43,694 nt of DNA from Octopus bimaculoides. Its lineage: Eukaryota. The stretch spans positions 123,402,934 to 123,446,627 of the forward strand of contig NC_068984.1 of the NCBI RefSeq assembly GCF_001194135.2, given 5' to 3'. Within the stretch, counting starts at the first letter, position 1; the number at the start of each line of letters is the position of its first letter. The notes beneath the pieces are model-generated. The model had not been told where the DNA came from. It worked only from the letters and a program-made list of their open reading frames with translations, and did not search any database. Positions 34,275-43,694 of the stretch are shown here, piece by piece. Made by a program: the position numbers and the translations under genes.

Positions 34275-34530
34275 TGATAATATGAATGACAAAAGGAAGG
34301 ACAGTAATGATACTGAAGGACAAAGAAAAGAGTGTGTAAGTCAGTAATTATAGACCTATTACATGTTTACTCTGGAAGTCATGAACTAGCCTTATAGCAG
34401 ATGAAATATATAATTTTCTGGGAAAGAAGAATTTATGGCCAGAGGGGCGAAAAAGATTCAGAAAGAAGTCAAAGGGATCTGCGATCTGCTGTGTATATAT
34501 AGTAGGATATTAAATGAGGTATATTAAATG
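34275..34530 (+). mobile_element. R4/Dong-like RT N-terminal fragment
   Basis: MTKGRTVMILKDKEKSV*VSNYRPITCLL/WKS*TSLIADEIYNFLGKKNLWPE matches GRT...NYRPITCL...W-K-x-L-T-x-I-I of R4-type RTs. Confidence 0.8.
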
Positions 34531-34589
34531 AGTAAGGAAGAAGTCAATGAGAGCTCTATCGAAGAGGAATATATCTGTCCTCATGCCTT

Positions 34590-35290
34590 TCAGCCTTGTC
34601 TACCGAACAGCCTCTTTCGCCACATCTACCAAGTAAAGGAAAACTACCTTACCTGCCCGACTGAAGGAGGGTGGTGGGGCAATCATCACCACAGATTCGG
34701 CTGATAGAGGGATCCATCCCGCACGTGACAGCAGCTGTTCGACATAACTCCACAGGTCAGCAATGCCCGGATACTCAACGAGTGCGTCCAGAACGGTTTC
34801 GTCATTCTGCACGCACCTCGGACAAGCCTGTCTGATAGGACATCAGTGCCTATAGAGTTTATCTCGAACCGGTAGTGTCCCCCGGTAGCATTGCCAGGCC
34901 AAGGACATCTGGAAGTTATCCTTGATAATTCCCGACCGGAAAGTCCTCCGGAACAGACCAGCCATCTCGTTTTCGTCGGCACCCAGAGTCTCCTCGAGAA
35001 CGTCGTCGCACTTTACCCGCCACTAGCCCTCTATAAGTTTCTAAAGCAGAACATCCACCGATCCCATTGTCCGACTGTGTGCGCCTGACGATATTCTAGG
35101 TGTCAGGCGCCCAGTCTCGGTCTTTTCTTGAAGGAGACGGGCTGCGGAAAGACGAGCCTCACAAACGGAGCCCACACATGATCACTGTCCAGAAGTTGTT
35201 GAAGGTGGCGTATCTGACCGCCTGACCATTGGAACGCACCTCTTCCACAAGAATTTAAATAAGTGACGCTCCAACCTGGTCAAGCAGTGA
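34590..35290 (-). mobile_element. Tx1/L1-clade LINE 3' region (zf-RVT-like C-terminus)
   Basis: Minus strand LAWQCYRG/LPVRDKLYRH...ACPRCVQNDETVLDALVEYPGIADLWSYVEQLLSR...VVFLYLVDVAKEAV is a decayed C-x2-C...E-T-x-x-H-x3-C cysteine knuckle. GC-rich relative to the flanks. Confidence 0.8.
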
Positions 35291-35334
35291 GTGGGACAAG
35301 GCATGACGGTCAAGTGATAAATGATAACGGAGGT

Positions 35335-35829
35335 GTTCTGATCTTAACTGATTGGAAGTGTTATCATGTACATGTTTTGTTTTAGTATAAAAGATGAGGT
35401 ACAGCATATATTCTGGTTAATACCACAGATTTGGTTGTCAGTTGCTTGACCTTAACTAGTTGAGAATGATGATATGTGCATCTCTGATCACGAGCAAGTG
35501 TACTGGGGGGTGGGGGAGCATCACAGCCATGTGTCGAGAGGAATTCTTTGGGGTTTGAATTATTCATCTCTAGAAACATGGGTGTTTTGTTCATCATCCT
35601 TAAAGAAACCTTGTTTAGGGACCTTTTGAGCAGGAAGAAATTCTAACTGGGCCCCACTTGCAAGGTCATGCGCTTTTAATCTTGATATGAGATCACCATG
35701 TCGTGCACATATGGTTGTGATGCATGTGGCTTGTGTACCCTTATCAGACGGGTAGTCATGATGGGTATATTGGGCTTCTTATATTTGTACCCTATTGTCA
35801 CGTTGATGGCATGCATTGCTCTCTCACCC
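35335..35829 (+). mobile_element. ~520-bp element, copy 3
   Basis: Collinear with 14041-14555; ends ctctctcaccc(AAT)n. Confidence 0.9.
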
Positions 35830-35874
35830 AATAATAATAATAATAATAATAATAATGATAATAATTTCTAATAT

Positions 35875-36510
35875 AGTCACAAAGCCTGGAATTTCAGAAG
35901 AGAGGATTCTCGACCCTCGTATTTGACTGCTTCTTTATTCGACCCTCATTTTTAAATGATACTTCGTTTTATTCAATCCAGGAAAGATGAAAATTAAAGT
36001 TGACCTCAGCCGGATTTGAACTCAGGACATAGAGCGCCGGAACAAATACCACAAGACATTTTGTGCGACTCTCAAACGATTTTACCAACCCATTGTTTCT
36101 AATTTAGGCACATGGCCAGCAATTTTAAGGGTAGAGGTTACTGGATTATATCGACCTCGTTACTTTGTTCTTTATTTTATCGACCCCCAAAAGATGAAGT
36201 GGAGTTGACTTCTGCGAGATTTGAACTCAAGACGTAAAGATTCGGAACAGGTACCACAAGACATCTTCTCGACGCTCTAATGATTTTTTCCAATTTAATG
36301 CGCTTTTAAACATCGTCATAAGGCCTCAAATTAGGAGGAGACTTGTATTTGGTTGATCGACTTCAATATTTGACTGATATTTCCTTTCACCGGTCTCAGA
36401 AAGATGAAAGGTAAAAGATAACCGCAGTGGGATTCGAACTCAGAAAGCAAAAGGCCTGAACAAATACCGTGAGGCATTTTGCTCGATATTCTAACGGTTC
36501 TATCAACCCA
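35875..36510 (-). mobile_element. Three tandem diverged SINE family B copies
   Basis: The core gga(a/t)ttgaactcag(g/a)ac...aaataccac/gaggcatt recurs at ~36015, ~36220 and ~36430. Confidence 0.75.
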
Positions 36511-36519
36511 CAATGCTAT

Positions 36520-37640
36520 ATCCAATAGCACACGAACACTAAACAAAGAGACACATGAATTGTAGAGGAAAAAAATAAACCAAAACGAACTGATGGAAAA
36601 TATCAATGCGAAAACACGAATGTATGGAGACATATAAAGAACGATAACAACACGAATTGAAATCTATCAACTGATAGAAAGAATATATACTAAAATAAAG
36701 CAATGCAACAGGCTACAAATAAAAAAGATAACCGCAAATCAATGAAAGCATCAGAACGGAAGCCATCACATACAAGAACCCAGAAGGCTCCATAAAAAAA
36801 GAGAAAAAAAAAGGAAGGAAGAAAGAATGCAGTGTAATAGAAACATCAAACTTACATTAAATAGGCTCTCGAAACATAGCCAAAATACTGCTGGACCTAT
36901 CACACGAGAAACATATAAGGCGTTACAAAAAAAAGAGTACAAACTGAAAGAAAAGAAATAATATCCTAAATAATGATGAAAACTATATAAAACCTCAGGG
37001 AGACATTCAACCAAATACACAGCCACAGTAAAAAAATATACCGTCATCAACAACGTGTGTAAGAAAAATAGAATAAAACACACTTCATAACATATCAATC
37101 AGAATTAACATCGTCGAGAGTATGATTAAAGCATTAAAGAAAATAGAACACGACAAAATCGATGAATATGGATCAGTGTAATCAATCACTGAGCGAATAT
37201 GCAGTACCACGAACGAAAGAATATATAAAGAATAAATAAATTGAGCAGGATTACACCTCGCAGGAAATTCTGTCCACAGTAACAAACTCAACGAATATCA
37301 ACAGAATAAATGGATCTAATTTTTTTTTCAGTAGTATTTGTAGTATCAAGGGAAACTAGATTTGATCATGATTTAGTGAAAGTCTCTATTGTTATTCTAC
37401 CTTTTTGGGGGTAGAGGATATTATATTCTGTAAGAAACAAAATGGAATGCAGAAGTTCAGATCCAACATGAAAAATGCGGAAAGAATTCAATTAACCAAA
37501 AAAGCGTAGCACGAAAAACAAACAAACGGAACAAAACTAAATAAGAAAATACACCCTGGAAACAAAGAAAAGTTTCTGCAAATACCATCAACAAAAGCGT
37601 GTAGGGTTAGAAACTTGGAAAACTGTGAGCACTTCCGCTA
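36520..37640 (+). mobile_element. Possible very old LINE ORF2 relic
   Basis: A-rich strand asymmetry and EQDYTSQEILSTVTNSTN, loosely resembling the pre-RT segment [PE]-I-T-x-x-E-I-x-x-A-I. Weak. Confidence 0.3.
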
Positions 37641-37719
37641 TGAGAACTAACTATTTGAATAAACACCAAAATATCTTACAGTGACAGTAACAACAACAAT
37701 AATTATAAATGTTTTTAAT

Positions 37720-38174
37720 TTTGGCAAAAGGCCATAGATTTTGAAGGTAGAGAGATCAAGTCGGTTACATCGACTCCAGTACTTTTCTGGGCTTTGTTTT
37801 ATTGACCGCGAAGAGAAATGACAAGCGAAGTTGACTCCGGCGGGATTTGAACTCAAAACGTAAATAGCAGGAAGAAATACCTCTAAGCATTTTGCCCAAT
37901 AACAACGACGTCTACAACAACAATAACAACAACAACATCATCATCAAAAACAACAACAACAATCCTTTCTACTATAGACGCAATGCCGGACATTTTGGGG
38001 GAGGATGGATAGCGAATTACATCGACCCCATTGGTCAACCGTACTTATTTTATTGACCCTCCCGAAGGATGAAAAGCAAAGTCGACTTCGGCAGAATTTG
38101 AACTCAGAACGTAAAGAGCCGGAAGGAAAGTCGCTGAGTAGTAGTAGTAGTAGTATTAGTAGTAGTAGTAGTAT

Positions 38175-38235
<61 letters not shown>

Positions 38236-38245
38236 CGTCGTTGTT

Positions 38246-38298
<53 letters not shown>

Positions 38299-38757
38299 TG
38301 TTGTTTCTGTTAAAGGTGGCGAGCTTACCGAATCGTTAGCACGCCGGGCAAAATACTTAGCGGTATTTCTTCCGACTCTTTGCGTTCCGAGTTCAAATTC
38401 TGTCATGGTTGACGTTACCTTTCATCCTCGCAGGGTCGATAGAATAAGTACCAGTCGAGCAGTGGGGTCGATATTAACGACTTACTTCCTCATCCGAACT
38501 TGCTGGCCTTGTGCCAAACTTTGAAACCAATATCTTAGTACTCATTAAGACGGTGAGCTGGCAGAATCGTTAGTACGCCGGGAAAAATGCTTTGTGGCAT
38601 CTCGTCCGTCTTTACGTTCTGAGTTCAAATTCTGCTGAGATCGACTTTGCCTTTCGGGGTCGATAAAAGAAGCACAAGATAAACATTGAGGTTGATGTAC
38701 TCGTCTTACTCCTCCCAGCACCGAAATTGCAGGCCTTGTGCCAAAAACTGAAACCTT
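37720..38757. mobile_element. Four SINE family B copies: two minus (37720-37900, 37965-38130) and two plus (38312-38533, 38548-38757) around a triplet tract
   Basis: Family B cores in opposite orientations, with (TAG)n(TTG)n(CTG)n at 38135-38300. Confidence 0.85.
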
Positions 38758-38899
38758 AATACTCACTACATTTGATCATGCTCGTGTAGACGATTTGATC
38801 ATGACTATGTTTTGTCACTGACATCTTAGCATTATATTTTGTAATTTCATTTTCAATTTACTTTTTAGCTTGTTGCATTTAATCATATTTTCTGCTGTA

Positions 38900-39440
38900 A
38901 TTTTGCCATTCTCCTCTCAGAAGACTATTATCTCAGTCTCTCTTCTATATTTGTTAGTTTACATTAAGAAAGAAAATAGCTTCTTTTTACGTTCGCCTTG
39001 GTAGCTGTTTGCTACCAAATTTGCTTCCTTTTATTCTTTACCATATAAATATATACGCTTACAGTAGATATTTTCTAATAGGTTTCCCGTTGTCAAAGAT
39101 CCATACCTAACTTTATTTCTGGTAAACATAATCTTTGTCGTGTATGCTTTTCGGCAGTCATTATTTTTCCTTGTTTTCGTAACAAAGCTTACTAATTCAC
39201 TTAGCTTCAAGATGAGACTATTTCTAACCGTTGCTTATTACTAAAATAGCTAAAGTATTGATACTCATTGTCTTACTTTTAGCTAATAGCTCTGTTTTAA
39301 GTTAAGTATTAATCTAATGCGTTTGTAAGATTCTTTCTCAGCATTTTATTTTTATTTGTGTGTATTCTATTTCATGCGGCTGATTAATTACTTGTATGAC
39401 AGTGTTTTGAACTTTCTAGTTCTTCTACCAATTTTACATT
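38900..39440 (-). mobile_element. Decayed R4/Dong-like RT C-terminal/thumb region
   Basis: Minus-strand remnants YKRIRLIL...INTLAI...SEL...TKTRK resemble R4-type EY-x-x-R-x-R-x-I-L...A-I-N-T-x-A...D-R-K-T-R-K. Many stops. Confidence 0.55.
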
Positions 39441-39626
39441 GTTGTTGCGAATAACTGGGAAGTTGAGGAACTGTTGGAAAACAACAGACTTTCACAGAAG
39501 AACAAAAAATCACGGTCGCTAAGGCTTTCCCGGTCCGGTCAAGCTCTCTTTTGATCTTTTTTTTTTAACATCTTTTAGTCCGGAGAGAAGGCAATGTCGA
39601 TGACATTTCACAGGACCTTAGAGACT

Positions 39627-39665
<39 letters not shown>

Positions 39666-39779
39666 GAGAGAGAATCTATAAATTGCAGACGTTGCTCGAA
39701 TAGTTGCATCAGAGTGGACTCTTCCACTAGAGACATTCAAATTGTCAGATTTAACAGATGCGTTAAATTCAGTGACAAA

Positions 39780-40020
39780 TCAAGCCTACCACTCATATAG
39801 GCCTTTACGGGATTTGAAATCAGAACGCAAAGAACCGGAATAAATACTGCAAGGCATCCATTTCTGACAATCTACTACATTGGATTTGGCATATTTTTTC
39901 TATTACACCCCACAAAAATTAAGGCCCAAGCTAACCCTATCAGGATTAGATTTAGAGCGCAGACCAGCAACACAAATACAGCGTGGCATTGTATCTGATA
40001 TTCTAACGACTCTGCTACTG
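39780..40020 (-). mobile_element. Two old SINE family B remnants
   Basis: gggatttgaaatcagaacgcaaagaaccggaataaatactgcaaggcat and a second looser copy. Confidence 0.55.
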
Positions 40021-40406
40021 TCAATGTCAGTTATTTGTGTTAAAAAAATCTTCAATGTTTAAATTGTCTTTTTTCTTTCTTTCTCTGTGTGTGTGTGTGT
40101 GTGTGCATATGCGTGTGTGTGTGTATGTGTGCGTATGTGTGTGTGTGTATGTGTGTGTGTGTGGAGAGACATTTATTTCAATCCTCTTAATCTAAAGGCT
40201 GCTCAAACATTAGAGGAGTCTGCTTCTGCTATTACCATTTTTGGAGATGTACCTTACTACTACGGTAGGAGTCACTACGCTTGCACAAAAGAATAAAATA
40301 GTTTCATTTTTTTTCATTAAAATCCAAAGTTGAAATGAAAATAATTGTTCGCCTTCTAAAGGGAGAAACGATTAAAGTTTAAAATCTCATCTCCGTTTTC
40401 GAACAG

Positions 40407-40453
<47 letters not shown>

Positions 40454-42076
40454 GCACACACATGTACAACACACTCAACATACAAAATGAACTTAAATAG
40501 TAATCTAAATTTTGCAACACTATTTTTGCCTGGTTTTCAAATCAGTAATAATAAAAATAATAATAATAATGATATAAAGAATTCAGATGNNNNNNNNNNN
40601 NNNNNNNNNNNNNNNNNNNNNNNNNNNNNNNNNNNNNNNNNNNNNNNNNNNNNNNNNNNNNNNNNNNNNNNNNNNNNNNNNNNNNNNNNNNNNNNNNNNN
40701 NNNNNNNNNNNNNNNNNNNNNNNNNNNNNNNNNNNNNNNNNNNNNNNNNNNNNNNNNNNNNNNNNNNNNNNNNNNNNNNNNNNNNNNNNNNNNNNNNNNN
40801 NNNNNNNNNNNNNNNNNNNNNNNNNNNNNNNNNNNNNNNNNNNNNNNNNNNNNNNNNNNNNNNNNNNNNNNNNNNNNNNNNNNNNNNNNNNNNNNNNNNN
40901 NNNNNNNNNNNNNNNNNNNNNNNNNNNNNNNNNNNNNNNNNNNNNNNNNNNNNNNNNNNNNNNNNNNNNNNNNNNNNNNNNNNNNNNNNNNNNNNNNNNN
41001 NNNNNNNNNNNNNNNNNNNNNNNNNNNNNNNNNNNNNNNNNNNNNNNNNNNNNNNNNNNNNNNNNNNNNNNNNNNNNNNNNNNNNNNNNNNNNNNNNNNN
41101 NNNNNNNNNNNNNNNNNNNNNNNNNNNNNNNNNNNNNNNNNNNNNNNNNNNNNNNNNNNNNNNNNNNNNNNNNNNNNNNNNNNNNNNNNNNNNNNNNNNN
41201 NNNNNNNNNNNNNNNNNNNNNNNNNNNNNNNNNNNNNNNNNNNNNNNNNNNNNNNNNNNNNNNNNNNNNNNNNNNNNNNNNNNNNNNNNNNNNNNNNNNN
41301 NNNNNNNNNNNNNNNNNNNNNNNNNNNNNNNNNNNNNNNNNNNNNNNNNNNNNNNNNNNNNNNNNNNNNNNNNNNNNNNNNNNNNNNNNNNNNNNNNNNN
41401 NNNNNNNNNNNNNNNNNNNNNNNNNNNNNNNNNNNNNNNNNNNNNNNNNNNNNNNNNNNNNNNNNNNNNNNNNNNNNNNNNNNNNNNNNNNNNNNNNNNN
41501 NNNNNNNNNNNNNNNNNNNNNNNNNNNNNNNNNNNNNNNNNNNNNNNNNNNNNNNNNNNNNNNNNNNNNNNNNNNNNNNNNNNNTATATATATATAGACT
41601 AGACTAGTTTCATCTGTTTTATATTGCGTATAACTGCCTACGTTAATTTGTAATTTTCACATTAGCATTTCGATAACTCAACCACAAATTTACATGGTAA
41701 ATATATATACTGACAGTCTGGATTTAGCTAAGCCATTTGGTGACGGAGTAATCACTGCTGACAAGTCAGCAATTTACAGATGAAACTAAGTCTAGTACAG
41801 TGATTCTAGCTTCGCTTATGGGGCGGTTATCTCCACTGTCAGTATATGAAAAATGTGCTTCCTTGCAGTTCTAAGGGCCTTAACGCTTATTTCTAGCAAT
41901 ATAGGTGCCACTTATCGCCCTCAGTCACAGTTGGTGGCGACTGTATACACACAAAAACACACATCAAAATTTTTCTTTTGCCCTTATTTATAATTGTATT
42001 TATAATTTTCAACGTAAAAGGCATTTTTCATATGCTAGCCACTGATGAAATTTTAAAACATCATCCTTATATTAGT

Positions 42077-42156
<80 letters not shown>

Positions 42157-42522
42157 NNNNNNNNNNNNNNNNNNNNNNNNNNNNNNNNNNNNNNNNNNNN
42201 NNNNNNNNNNNNNNNNNNNNNNNNNNNNNNNNNNNNNNNNNNNNNNNNNNNNNNNNNNNNNNNNNNNNNNNNNNNNNNNNNNNNNNNNNNNNNNNNNNNN
42301 NNNNNNNNNNNNNNNNNNNNNNNNNNNNNNNNNNNNNNNNNNNNNNNNNNNNNNNNNNNNNNNNNNNNNNNNNNNNNNNNNNNNNNNNNNNNNNNNNNNN
42401 NNNNNNNNNNNNNNNNATATATATATATAGTTAAAAAAGACAATAACAAAAAAACAAAAAAACAACAAAGTGAGGACGTGATATGGATAGTATTATTGGA
42501 CGCTCAGGAAAGGAAAGAGAGA

Positions 42523-42556
<34 letters not shown>

Positions 42557-42559
42557 GCA

Positions 42560-43390
42560 CACGAGGTATGATCAATAAGTATCCGGACTGATGTCATAGT
42601 AACAATGCTAAAGCATGCTGAGTAAAGCCGGTTGGCGAAGATTTACCTTGTGCATTAAGTTCCAACATTCTAGCTCAAATCTGCTGTTTAAAGCAGTGCT
42701 TGGAAGGAAGGTGTATAGCATGTGATCGTCCCATTGACCATGACAGAGAAACTTGTCATGGCGATACCTGCTCAGAGGCTTGCGCAAAGTTGTTGAAAAT
42801 GTATGGCGAGGTGCGTATGAGCCGCACACAAGTGTACCTGTGAGTTAGACACTTCCAAGATGGCCGAAAAAATGTCGACATTGACGAACGTTCTGGTAGA
42901 CCCGCAACCAGCAGAACTGAGAAAAACATCTCAGATGTGCGTGCAGCTACGAGGGGAAATCGTCGAATCACCATTTGTGAGTTTTCAGAGGATGTGCAGA
43001 TTAGTTATGGTTCAGTTCAGTCCATTATCACTGAAGATTTGAGTATGAGAGGCGTGTCAGCTGACCAAAAAGACACTCGGGTTTCAGTTGAGCAAGATCT
43101 ACTTGATTGTGTCGAGAACGAGGAAAACTTTGCGTAGGTCTATAAGCAGATATCGCCGAGATTTTTGGCAAAATTTGATGCAGATTCTCTGCTCATCTTT
43201 CTCTGTCATGGTCAATGCGACAATTACACACTACACACGTTCCTTCCGAGCACTGCTGCAGACAACGGAAGTAAGCTAGAACGTTAAAACTTAGTGCACA
43301 TGCACAGCAGGGTTTAAGATCAATTCGTGCCAAATGGCTTCACTCTGCATGCTTTAGCGTCGTTACTAAAGCAACAGTCCGGATACTTAA
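42560..43390 (+). mobile_element. Second non-autonomous mariner derivative with an inverted 5' end replacing the 3' end
   Basis: MTEK/GDTCSEACAKLLKMYGEVRMSRTQVY...FQDGRKNVDIDERSGRPATSRTE...GNRRITI...ISYGSVQSIITEDL...QDLLDCVENEENF. 43141-43390 is the reverse complement of the 5' end, including MTEKDEQRICIKF. Confidence 0.88.
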
Positions 43391-43642
43391 ATATATATAT
43401 ATGAATAACAGGCTCAATTCTATAGTTTTCGCAGTGAAGATTCGCATAGTCTCATTGCACAGTTATTTTTTAATTCGTCCATACATTTGCTGTCTTAGAG
43501 CTTTAAATAGTTAACACGCTGCCAGCGAATGTACTGGTATGCAAATGAGAGAAATCAGCACCTGTAACAGTATTTCTCACAAGTGTCTGTATATGCACAC
43601 GTGTGCGTGCATATGTGTATGTGTGTGTGTGTGTGAGTTCGC

Positions 43643-43644
<2 letters not shown>

Positions 43645-43694
<50 letters not shown>
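43645..43694. repeat. (GA)n microsatellite at the window end
   Basis: Directly visible. Confidence 0.97.

Noticed and set aside
40203-40265. Possible exon AAQTLEESASAITIFGDVPYYY
   Set aside because: Weak splice sites (ctaaag, gtagga) and no recognisable homology.
40487-41602. Long ORFs of 130-370 aa across N runs (also 18783-19502, 30729-31341, 41978-42468)
   Set aside because: Artefacts of translating assembly gaps as X.

Overview
AT-rich, gap-containing eukaryotic DNA saturated with repeats. The SINE families and microsatellite load look like an Octopus (coleoid cephalopod) draft assembly; this is inferred from recognised repeat sequences, not from a database search. I find no protein-coding gene, tRNA or rRNA that I can support with confidence. 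Almost all long ORFs in the track are microsatellite read-throughs or run across N gaps. Supportable content: decayed DNA transposons (hAT, two maT/Tc1-type, two mariners, a 127-bp MITE, a Helitron 3' end), non-LTR retroelement fragments (R4/Dong-like, RTE, Tx1/L1, a Jockey/I/CR1-like RT), more than 25 SINE copies in about four families, three copies of a ~520-bp element embedded in (TAA)n, and several minisatellites. Best leads: two unrelated mariners that both have an inverted 5' end in place of the 3' end; a decayed minimal hammerhead-ribozyme-like motif; R4/Dong fragments abutting (TAA)n; a 60-bp minisatellite next to a Helitron end; a perfect 17-bp hairpin with paired E-boxes; a promoter-like motif cluster; and two perfect inverted duplications that may be assembly artefacts. 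None of these yet amounts to a demonstrated new biological system.
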